The notes under the pieces: model-generated
Database searches by the model: none
The model's input: the letters and a program-made list of their open reading frames with translations, nothing else
Told to the model about the DNA's origin: nothing
Assembly: GCA_039815505.1 (NCBI GenBank)
Contig: JBCBZE010000001.1
Span: 1 to 48,471, forward strand
Direction of reading: 5' to 3'
Length of the DNA stretch: 48,471 nt
Source: Bacteroidota bacterium
GTDB lineage: Bacteria > Bacteroidota > Bacteroidia > Flavobacteriales > Flavobacteriaceae
Translations under genes and position numbers: made by a program
Shown here: positions 35,926-44,113 of the stretch, piece after piece
Layout of the letters: each line of letters begins with the position of its first letter
How positions within the stretch are numbered: position 1 is the stretch's first letter

Positions 35926-37062
35926 ATGATCAATAAACGTTTGTTGGTAAAAAATCTTCTTGCCCATAATGACGAGAATAGTTTTTATGACAAGAAACGC
36001 TTTATAAACATAGGGCAAAAGGAAGGTAAGGGCAAGTTTTTAAAACATGTCTGTGCGTTAGCCAATAGTAATCCCAAAAACAACTCTTTTATCGTAATCG
36101 GGGTAGAGGATGAGGATAATAAAATAGTTGGCGTGGATTTCTTTGATGATAGCAAGATTCAGAACTTGGTAAACGCCTATTTGGACAATCCTCCCTTAAT
36201 TTCTTATGAAAACATTCCATTTCCTGATTTGCCAGAGGGTAAGGTGGTCGGATTGGTAAGTATACGATCTAATGGTAAAGTATGCGCCCTTAGGAAAAAT
36301 ATATGGAAGTATTATGGAGGTTCCGTTTTTTTTAGAGAGGGTAGCATTAGTTTACCCAAAGCATATGGCATTGAATTAAAGGATATTAATTCGGAGGTGG
36401 TGGCAACTATTGAACAACATGCCAGAAACAATATTGAACTTACTTTAGATGGGGTTATAGACTTCATGAATCACCGCCATAAAGATTTAAGTAGTAATTA
36501 CAGAGTCTTTAAAGAGCAATTTGTAGTTTGCTGGGCGGGGAAGCAGAAAAAAGTCAAAAATGAGATTTACTATTCCCGTGTTGATATTGAATTGATCAAC
36601 GAGCAGGTAAAATTGTTTTATTCCGCACTGGACGAGATCACGATATCTTTTGACGATGATTCTTTTACCACCATTGAGTATGTACAGCTGGGATTGGGTT
36701 CTCAACAACATTATTTTCCCTTGGAAAAAGTGGTTATTACATTTTCGGACAATGGTAAGTATAAAATCTCCAGTGATTTAATTTTTGAACCTCCGCAATA
36801 TGATAAAAAAACGCTACATCATATTTTCAATGCCAATAATTTCCTTTTGCAAAAATTGGAAAAGGGCATTAGACTGAAACCCAGTGAAAAACTAGATTTA
36901 AAACATCTTCCGGCAACCTATTTAATTTGCTACCTAAATGATTTCGACGAAGCAAAGGAACAAATGGAGTACGCTAGGCCCATTCTTAAAAACTATAATA
37001 TTGAAGTGTATAAATCTTTAAAGGAATCGCTTAGAATCCTTAGAAAGGTGCAGTACAATTAA
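35926..37062 (+). CDS. AlbA_2 / Schlafen-like putative DNA-binding domain protein with an unassigned C-terminal half
   Basis: 378 aa. The N-terminal ~150 aa (ENSFYDKK...FLKHVCALANSNPKNNSFIVIGVEDEDNKIVGVDFF) match the AlbA_2 pattern. I recognised no HATPase or wHTH motifs downstream. Confidence 0.6.
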   Translation: MINKRLLVKNLLAHNDENSFYDKKRFINIGQKEGKGKFLKHVCALANSNPKNNSFIVIGVEDEDNKIVGVDFFDDSKIQNLVNAYLDNPPLISYENIPFPDLPEGKVVGLVSIRSNGKVCALRKNIWKYYGGSVFFREGSISLPKAYGIELKDINSEVVATIEQHARNNIELTLDGVIDFMNHRHKDLSSNYRVFKEQFVVCWAGKQKKVKNEIYYSRVDIELINEQVKLFYSALDEITISFDDDSFTTIEYVQLGLGSQQHYFPLEKVVITFSDNGKYKISSDLIFEPPQYDKKTLHHIFNANNFLLQKLEKGIRLKPSEKLDLKHLPATYLICYLNDFDEAKEQMEYARPILKNYNIEVYKSLKESLRILRKVQYN

Positions 37063-37068
37063 TTACTT

Positions 37069-38010
37069 TCAATAAATCTGATCAGCACCAGGTAAGGATG
37101 GAATGGCTCCAAAATTTGTAGTGGTGATAGCCCCCGCTTTATTTGCGTTTTGTACCATTTTAGCCAACAAAACATCATTATTTATAACTTCTTCAATCTG
37201 ATTTACCGCCGAGATTTGTTGTAACATACAACCGATGAAAGCATCTCCGGCACCGGTAGTATCTACCGGATTTACCTTTACACTCGGAATAGTTTTTCTA
37301 GTAGAGGCCGTACTTAACAAAGTGCCTTCCGCCCCTAGTGTAATTGTTATTATGTTCGTACCTATCCCATGTAAAAAGTCACAAGCCTCTCCCAGGTCGT
37401 TTTTGCCGGATAATAATTTGGCCTCTTCCAAGCTAAACTTACATAGATGCGATTTTTCAACGAACGGCATACATTTTTTCACAAAGGAAGTTTCATTTTC
37501 CTTCCATAAATCACCCCTGAAATTAGGGTCAAAACTTATAAATGCCCCTTGTGTAAGAGCATCAAAAAAATAGCGGCCATAGGCCTCTTCCAGATTTCCG
37601 CCCAATAGGGCGGTTGCAGCACCCAAATGGACCATATTGTCCTTAAAACTATTTTTTACAGATGGATTGTACTTTAATTCCTTATCCGCACCTCTACTAA
37701 AAACAAAATCCCGCTCCCCGTCTTCCGCCAAGGATACAAAGGCCAAGGTGGTAAATGTTTTTGAGCGTTGTGCCAAGGAAATATCTACCTCACAACCCTT
37801 GAGAACATCCAACAGAAAACGCCCAAATGGATCTTCCCCCACAGCGCCAATGAATACACTTTTTCCGCCAAGTTTGGATATGGCACACGCTACGTTTGCT
37901 GGAGCCCCGCCGGGTTTCTTGATAAATTCATTTGCTTTGGACAAGTCGTTCCCTTGTTTTTCCGCCACAAAATCGATTAGAAGTTCTCCAATACAGAATA
38001 CTTTCCTCAT
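37069..38010 (-). CDS. PfkB-family carbohydrate kinase (fructokinase-like)
   Basis: 313 aa. Contains GELLIDFV, GGAPANVA and DTTGAGDAFIG. Confidence 0.85.
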   Translation of the reverse strand: MRKVFCIGELLIDFVAEKQGNDLSKANEFIKKPGGAPANVACAISKLGGKSVFIGAVGEDPFGRFLLDVLKGCEVDISLAQRSKTFTTLAFVSLAEDGERDFVFSRGADKELKYNPSVKNSFKDNMVHLGAATALLGGNLEEAYGRYFFDALTQGAFISFDPNFRGDLWKENETSFVKKCMPFVEKSHLCKFSLEEAKLLSGKNDLGEACDFLHGIGTNIITITLGAEGTLLSTASTRKTIPSVKVNPVDTTGAGDAFIGCMLQQISAVNQIEEVINNDVLLAKMVQNANKAGAITTTNFGAIPSLPGADQIY

Positions 38011-38186
38011 TTTTTGAATTCGTAATATGCTTTAAAATCGAAAAGTACTTAGAATTAGGGTTTTATTCTAAAATTACCCGAAGATTTTTTAGTTTTTTAA
38101 ATTTTACCAATCTCGGATCCAACGATGTACCTTTGGTGCATCTTGAAGAAATTACTACCTTTTAACAAATTAAAAAATAGTATAAA

Positions 38187-39323
38187 ATGGGCATTTTCGA
38201 TGAAATAAAAAACAAACTTAGCCATGAGTTCATAGACATAGTGGAATGGTTGGACACTACCGACGATACTATTGTGCATCGGTTTGAACGTTATCAAAAT
38301 GAAATAAAGAACGGGGCAAAACTCATTGTTCGTGAAGGACAAACGGCCGTGTTTGTAAATGAAGGGCAATTGGCCGATGTGTTTACCGCGGGAACCTATA
38401 CATTGAACACTCAAAACCTTCCTATCCTTGCTACGCTGAAAGGTTGGAAATACGGGTTTAACAGCCCTTTTAAAGCAGAGGTCTATTTTGTGAACACCCA
38501 TCTGTTCACCGATGAAAAGTGGGGTACCAAGAATGCCATAATGTTAAGTGATGAACGTTTTGGCCTAGTGGAGATACGTGCCTTTGGGACCTATAGTTTT
38601 AGAATTAAAGACGCCGGAAAGTTTGTGGTAGATGTAGTGGGTACAGATGGTAATTTCACCAATTATGAGGTAAACGAACATTTAAAAAGTTTAATTGTTA
38701 CTCGATTTACAGATACAGTGGGGGAGGCTAATCTACCTGTTGAACTCTATGCGGCGAATACATCGGAACTTTCAGAGACCTGCCAGGAAGTGATGCAACC
38801 AGAATTTGGTCGGGTAGGAATAGAGTTGGAAAAATTCTATATCGAAAATGTTTCCATGCCCGAGGACTTAAAAAAGGAAATTTTTGAATATAGTAGATTG
38901 GATAAGTTGGATATGACAAAACTTTCTCAATTTAAAGCGGCAAAAGCCATGGAAGCGGCAGCCAACAATGAGGGTGGAACAGCTGGTGCCGGCATGGGTA
39001 TGGGTATGGGTTTTGTGTTGGCCCAACAAATGGGTAGTATGATGAACCCCCAAATGTCCCAACAACCTCTTGGCGGATTTCCCCAACAATCTTCGACTCC
39101 ACCGCCAATACCCTCGCAAATAGGCTATCATTACGCGGTTAATGGTCAGCAGGCAGGGCCGGTTTCCTATGACAGACTCAAGGAACTATTTGCTAGTAGA
39201 GTTGTAAATAAGGATACGCTGGTTTGGAAACAGGGAATGCCCAATTGGACCACTTTAAAGGATATTGAGGAATTAAAAGTGTTTTTAGGGGGTAGCACAC
39301 CACCACCTTTACCAACCGTATAA
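38187..39323 (+). CDS. SPFH/Band-7 superfamily protein (virion-core-like subfamily) with a C-terminal GYF_2 domain
   Basis: 378 aa. The N-terminal ~260 aa have the SPFH-like pattern (IDIVEWLD...IVHRF...IKNGAKLIVREGQTAVFV...). A G/M/Q/P-rich linker follows. The C-terminal YHYAVNGQQAGPVSYDRLKELF...VWKQGMPNWTTLKDIEEL is GYF_2-like. Confidence 0.7.
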   Translation: MGIFDEIKNKLSHEFIDIVEWLDTTDDTIVHRFERYQNEIKNGAKLIVREGQTAVFVNEGQLADVFTAGTYTLNTQNLPILATLKGWKYGFNSPFKAEVYFVNTHLFTDEKWGTKNAIMLSDERFGLVEIRAFGTYSFRIKDAGKFVVDVVGTDGNFTNYEVNEHLKSLIVTRFTDTVGEANLPVELYAANTSELSETCQEVMQPEFGRVGIELEKFYIENVSMPEDLKKEIFEYSRLDKLDMTKLSQFKAAKAMEAAANNEGGTAGAGMGMGMGFVLAQQMGSMMNPQMSQQPLGGFPQQSSTPPPIPSQIGYHYAVNGQQAGPVSYDRLKELFASRVVNKDTLVWKQGMPNWTTLKDIEELKVFLGGSTPPPLPTV

Positions 39324-39361
39324 ACCTTCAAAGAACTTCATATCGGATTTCCACTAGGTAC

Positions 39362-40444
39362 ATGGAAGAAACTATACAATCCCAACAAAAAAAGTCATGC
39401 CCCAATTGTGGTGCCGAACTTAATTATAAACCTGGATCTCAACAATTGGCATGCGGGTATTGCGGTTATGAAGAGTTTATAGAACAGGCCAAGCGTAGTT
39501 TTGAGGAGCTAGAACTTCAACATTATCTAGAGGTGGTTGGAGACAATGCCTTTACCGAAACCATAGAATTATTACACTGTAAAAATTGTGGTGCCAACCA
39601 GCATGTGGAGGAGAACTATAAATCCCTGCACTGTGTCTATTGTGGCGAACCTTTAATCAGGGAGGATACCGAAAAGGAGGGTTGGATATTGCCAGGGGCC
39701 CTTGTTCCTTTTCAGTTAAATGTTAAAAAGGCAAGGACCGTTTTTAAGAATTGGGTCAATGGTATTTGGTTTGCACCCAACAAATTGAAAAGGGCCGCTT
39801 TGGATCCTGAAGGGATTCATGGTCTCTATGTTCCTTATTGGACTTTTGATGCCAATCTACATGCCCGGTATCAAGGGCAAAGGGGGGATTACTATTACGA
39901 AACCCAAAAGTATAGGACCAAGAACGGTACCCGTACAAGACAGGTTAGAAAAACGAGATGGACCTCGGTTTCTGGTGCCGTTGAAGGTTTTGTAGATGAT
40001 ATTCTAATTAATGCCTCCGAGAAGAAAAGAAGGGAAATACCCCTTAAAGTAAGACATTGGAACCTTAAACAACTTGTTGTTTTTAATTCGAGCTATTTAT
40101 CAGGTTTTGTAACCGAAAAATATACCATATCCCTAAAAGAAGGGCATCACAAATCTTTTGAGGAAGCCAAGCGAGTTGCGCACAATTGGATAAGAAGGGA
40201 TATCGGTGGTGATACCCAACGTATTCATCATTCGGATATAAAGCTGTTCAACGAGACGTTTAAACATATTCTTTTACCCTTATATATCAGTTCTTACAGA
40301 TACAACAATAAGGAATATCACTTTTATATCAATGGGCAAACAGGGAAGATAAGTGGTACCCACCCCTACTCTTTTTGGAAAATATTCTTTTTGATTTCAT
40401 TTATTGTACTGGTTATAGCATTAATCGTCATTTTTGCAAGATGA
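39362..40444 (+). CDS. Double zinc-ribbon protein with a C-terminal transmembrane anchor
   Basis: 360 aa. Has two CxxC-N15-17-CxxC units (CPNCG...CGYCG and CKNCG...CVYCG), a ~230-aa soluble region, and the TM FWKIFFLISFIVLVIALIVIF at the extreme C-terminus. Confidence 0.65.
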   Translation: MEETIQSQQKKSCPNCGAELNYKPGSQQLACGYCGYEEFIEQAKRSFEELELQHYLEVVGDNAFTETIELLHCKNCGANQHVEENYKSLHCVYCGEPLIREDTEKEGWILPGALVPFQLNVKKARTVFKNWVNGIWFAPNKLKRAALDPEGIHGLYVPYWTFDANLHARYQGQRGDYYYETQKYRTKNGTRTRQVRKTRWTSVSGAVEGFVDDILINASEKKRREIPLKVRHWNLKQLVVFNSSYLSGFVTEKYTISLKEGHHKSFEEAKRVAHNWIRRDIGGDTQRIHHSDIKLFNETFKHILLPLYISSYRYNNKEYHFYINGQTGKISGTHPYSFWKIFFLISFIVLVIALIVIFAR

Positions 40445-41166
40445 GAACGTTGGTAATAGGAGATATACACTCAGGTTTAAGGGCCCTTTATCAGGTACTG
40501 GAAAGAGCAAATGTTTCTAAGGAAGATCACCTTATCTTTTTGGGAGATTATATAGATGGTTGGAGCGAGGCGGTCGAAACCATAGACTTTTTATTGAAGT
40601 TGAGGGATAGTAATACATGCACTTTTTTAAGGGGCAATCATGACGAACTCTGCTATGATTGGTTAAGTAAAGAAAAAGATAACCCACTTTGGTTTAAACA
40701 TGGGGGAAAGACCACGATGGAGTCCTATTCCTTGGCTGACAGACCTACAAAAGAAGCACATATCAAGTTTTATGGGAGTTTGGAAAACTATTTTTTGGAT
40801 GAAAAGAATAGATTATTTCTACATGCAGGCTTTACGAACCTTAAGGGAGTTACTTATGAATATTTTACCAAGACATTCTATTGGGATAGGACACTTTGGG
40901 AATTGGCCCTCTCCTTAAACCCGGATTTATCCACGGATAACACGCTGTATCCAAAAAGGTTAACAAACTATAAGGAAGTTTATATAGGCCATACCCCCGT
41001 GACAAGAATTGGAAAGACTACGCCCCAAAGGGCAGCCAATGTATGGAATATAGATACCGGCGCCGCATTTAAGGGCCCACTTTCCATTATGGACGTAGAT
41101 ACTAAAACAGTTTGGCAAAGTGATCCTGTTTATTCTTTATATCCCAACGAAAATGGCAGAAATTAG
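40441..41166 (+). CDS. Calcineurin-like metallophosphoesterase (PPP-type Ser/Thr phosphatase-like)
   Basis: The ATG at 40441 overlaps the upstream TGA (ATGA). Contains the motifs VIGDIHSG, FLGDYIDGW and LRGNHD. The track ORF from 40375 is an upstream extension in the same frame. Confidence 0.8.
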   Translation: MRTLVIGDIHSGLRALYQVLERANVSKEDHLIFLGDYIDGWSEAVETIDFLLKLRDSNTCTFLRGNHDELCYDWLSKEKDNPLWFKHGGKTTMESYSLADRPTKEAHIKFYGSLENYFLDEKNRLFLHAGFTNLKGVTYEYFTKTFYWDRTLWELALSLNPDLSTDNTLYPKRLTNYKEVYIGHTPVTRIGKTTPQRAANVWNIDTGAAFKGPLSIMDVDTKTVWQSDPVYSLYPNENGRN

Positions 41167-41222
41167 AAGTCCTTTGTGATAGTTTTTAAATATTAAAGGT
41201 GATATTTACAAAAAACACGTAA

Positions 41223-42218
41223 ATGTCTTCCAAAAATATTAGAATAGAAGTAATGAATGCCATTGAGCATAAGGTAGAAGGGTTTATCAATTCTTTTCTT
41301 ATACCCATAGAGGATATATGGCAGCCAACAGATTTTCTTCCCGATTCCCAAAATGAGGGTTTTTTTGGGGATGTACATCAGATACGGGAAGAATCCAAGG
41401 AATTGGGATATGATTTTTGGGTCACCCTGGTCGCAGATACCATTACTGAAGAAGCATTGCCCACCTATGAGTCCTGGCTTATGGATGTTGAGGGAATAGA
41501 CCAACATGGAGAGCATAAAAACGGATGGTCTAAATGGGTGCGTGCTTGGACCGCCGAGGAGAATAGGCATGGGGACGTCCTTAATAAATACCTTTATTTA
41601 TCGGGAAGGGTAAATATGCGGGAAATGGAGATTACGACACAACACCTTATCGCAGATGGTTTTGATATAGGTACGGATAGAGATCCCTACAAAAACTTTG
41701 TGTATACCACTTTCCAGGAACTGGCCACAAATATTTCGCATAAAAGAGTGGGGCAGCTTGCAAAAAAGAAGGGAAATTCCCTTTTGGGAAAAATGTGTAC
41801 CATTATTGCCGGTGATGAAATGAGACATCATTTGGCCTACAGGGAATTTGTGAAGACTATTTTTGGTGAGGACCCCAGTGGTATGTTGTTGGCCTTTGCC
41901 GATATGATGAAAAAGAAAATTGTTATGCCTGCCCATTTCCTTCGAGAATCTGGCGGTAGCATTGGAACGGCCTTCGAAACTTTTTCCAATTGCGCCCAAC
42001 GCCTTGGTGTATATACAGCTCAGGACTATATAGATATTTTGAAAAAATTGAATAGATATTGGGAACTGGATGCTTTACGCAGTCTTTCGGACGAAGCTGA
42101 AAAAGCTCGTGACTACTTGATGAAACTTCCCGAGCGTCTACAGCGGATTTCCGAACGGATGCAATTTCCGGAGGACCAACATCACTTTAAATGGGTAGAA
42201 GCTAATGGAATTATATAA
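41223..42218 (+). CDS. Soluble acyl-ACP desaturase (di-iron, FA_desaturase_2 family)
   Basis: 331 aa. Has the two di-iron motifs WTAEENRHG and IAGDEMRHH, and an overall stearoyl-ACP-desaturase-like pattern. Confidence 0.85.
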   Translation: MSSKNIRIEVMNAIEHKVEGFINSFLIPIEDIWQPTDFLPDSQNEGFFGDVHQIREESKELGYDFWVTLVADTITEEALPTYESWLMDVEGIDQHGEHKNGWSKWVRAWTAEENRHGDVLNKYLYLSGRVNMREMEITTQHLIADGFDIGTDRDPYKNFVYTTFQELATNISHKRVGQLAKKKGNSLLGKMCTIIAGDEMRHHLAYREFVKTIFGEDPSGMLLAFADMMKKKIVMPAHFLRESGGSIGTAFETFSNCAQRLGVYTAQDYIDILKKLNRYWELDALRSLSDEAEKARDYLMKLPERLQRISERMQFPEDQHHFKWVEANGII

Positions 42219-42248
42219 AAAACCCCGACTAAATTGTCAGGGCTTTTA
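42217..42248. terminator. Bidirectional terminator between the convergent desaturase and HhH-protein genes
   Basis: AAAAAA-CCCCGAC-TAAATT-GTCAGGG-CTTTT. The stem has one bulged A. Confidence 0.6.
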
Positions 42249-42255
42249 TCTGTTA

Positions 42256-42801
42256 TTATAGTTTTCCATGCTTGTGTTCGTCCTGCCACTTGGAAAGCTC
42301 CTTCCATTTGCCTTCATAACACATTTTAGCCTGCATGGGCCATGAAGCTGGATCGTGCATCTTATAACGATCGCCGCCCGAAGTCAATACTTCCTGGCAT
42401 TTGGCAACCGTAGCTTCCGATAATGCCTTCCATGTTTTAATGTCATGGTTATGGAACAACCCTTCTATTTTGGGACCAATACCTTCTACCAACTTTAAGT
42501 CGTCTTGTTTAACTTTTTTCCCAAGGGCAGCCTTAGCCGCATTGGAGTCAAAAGGAATAGCTGCAATCGCAGCCGGTGCTGCCGCTGCCGCTGTGGTAAC
42601 TGTTGCCGAAGAGAGTTTTTTGTTACATGCTGCCAAATCAGCTTCTAGTTTGGTATTTTTATCTTTTAACACCTTTAAATCTGCGGAATTGTCTATAGTC
42701 TTGTTTCCGCTTTTTCCGATTAAATATCCCAGATAACCACATATAGCACCTACTAAAAGAGGTATAATCCAGCACCAGATATTCATGTTTTCAAAATCCA
42801 T
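42256..42801 (-). CDS. Membrane-anchored protein with coiled-coil, Ala-rich linker and helix-hairpin-helix-like C-terminal domain
   Basis: 181 aa. Has an N-terminal TM (WCWIIPLLVGAICGYLGYLIG) and the HhH-like DDLKLVEGIGPKIEGLF. Confidence 0.55.
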   Translation of the reverse strand: MDFENMNIWCWIIPLLVGAICGYLGYLIGKSGNKTIDNSADLKVLKDKNTKLEADLAACNKKLSSATVTTAAAAAPAAIAAIPFDSNAAKAALGKKVKQDDLKLVEGIGPKIEGLFHNHDIKTWKALSEATVAKCQEVLTSGGDRYKMHDPASWPMQAKMCYEGKWKELSKWQDEHKHGKL

Positions 42802-42826
42802 GTTATGTTATTTTATGATTAGTTAA

Positions 42827-43741
42827 TTAGTTTAAGGTTACTACCGTTCTTCTGTTTTTTGACCTTCCCTGTTCGGTAGTATTGCTTTCTATTGGTGAAT
42901 CTGGACCTTCGGAAGTAGCTTGAATTTTAGCTTCAGGAATCCCGTTATTGATTAGATAGGCTTTTGCAAAATCTGCCCTGCCCTGCCCAAGGGCAACATT
43001 GGAACTTCTTTGCCCTACATTATCCGTATGCCCTGTAACGATAGCTGTGGCTCCATCAACTTTGTCCAAGTACCTTGAGATATCAGCTACTTTTTGTCGT
43101 TGTTTTGGAGTAAGGTTAATAGAAGTTTCCCCAGTTTCAAAATACAACACCAAAGGATTTGTTTTTATTTTATCGTAAAGTACCTTAAGTTCCGTCTCCG
43201 CATCTTCGGATTTGGTATCCAGATTGTAGGCTATGGGTCCAAGAAGCACTTTGTCTTTAGGGACCATGCTGTCCATCAGTTCACCCATAGTGTTGATTCG
43301 ACTTGAAGGGATTTCTTTGGTAACCAAATAATTTTTAACGGCATTTGACCTGGCCAATCCGAGATTTGGGAAAGCCGAACTGTTGATTTCATCGCCTTTA
43401 TAGTATCCTTTAATATTTAGGACCTTAGCGTCATTTTCCAATAAATAAGACTTTAGACCACCAATACCTTCATCAACTTGTGAAGATATGGGTGTTAGGA
43501 TAGATGAAGACGAAACATTAAAATTAAAATTATCGTTGACATTGTATGCATAATCCCCATCCTTAAAAGCAAACGGATAGGAAGTTGCTTCTGGTTCTGC
43601 AGGAACTATTACCTCTTTTTTTTCAGGAACTTCTTCTTTTTCCTTTGCAGCACATTCACTACAATAATTTAGATAAAAATAAGTTCCGGCCAGAATAGTA
43701 ATAATGATTCCCAACAGGTTAGTTGTTGTTTTAGACATCAT
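42827..43741 (-). CDS. OmpA-family (peptidoglycan-binding) protein with an N-terminal TM anchor
   Basis: 304 aa. Contains the C-terminal OmpA_C-like motif VTGHTDNVGQRSSNVALGQGRADFAKAYL...RSKNRRTVV. Confidence 0.85.
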   Translation of the reverse strand: MMSKTTTNLLGIIITILAGTYFYLNYCSECAAKEKEEVPEKKEVIVPAEPEATSYPFAFKDGDYAYNVNDNFNFNVSSSSILTPISSQVDEGIGGLKSYLLENDAKVLNIKGYYKGDEINSSAFPNLGLARSNAVKNYLVTKEIPSSRINTMGELMDSMVPKDKVLLGPIAYNLDTKSEDAETELKVLYDKIKTNPLVLYFETGETSINLTPKQRQKVADISRYLDKVDGATAIVTGHTDNVGQRSSNVALGQGRADFAKAYLINNGIPEAKIQATSEGPDSPIESNTTEQGRSKNRRTVVTLN

Positions 43742-44057
43742 TAAGGCGTTTAGTGTTTAGCCTACAATGTATAAAAAAATACTAAAAGTGTTAAATTTTA
43801 TCCTTTAAATCTTACTTATCAAATACTTAGCTTCCTATTAAAAGGATATTAAATAATAAGGATAGCGAAATACGGAAAATAAATGATATATATCCGTTCA
43901 CACAATTTTCATGACCAATTATGTATTTTGTTTCAAAATACTGAGGATTAATGGGGATATTCGTATCATCAAATAAAGATAACCCTATTGCTCCCGACAA
44001 AGATCCGGCATTGGAATAGGGTTTCAAAATATAGTTTGAGTTAGTTTAGTTGGTTAG

Positions 44058-44103
44058 AGAAACCCGTTGCCGCTTTGTATCCATCAAAGAGGCAACGGGT
44101 TTT
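44058..44103 (-). terminator. Intrinsic terminator downstream of the ALDH gene
   Basis: The 12-bp stem AAACCCGTTGCC/GGCAACGGGTTT is followed on the minus strand by TCTC, with no clean U-run. It lies 11 nt after the stop. Confidence 0.65.
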
Positions 44104-44113
44104 CTTATTTATT

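Noticed and set aside
44036-44062. The string TAGTTTAGTTGGTTAGAG resembles a tRNA D-arm (AGCTCAGTTGGTTAGAGC).
   Set aside because: The flanking bases cannot form D, anticodon or acceptor stems, and there is no T-loop (GTTCGAATC-like) downstream. The adjacent hairpin is the ALDH terminator. It is not a tRNA and at most a chance match.
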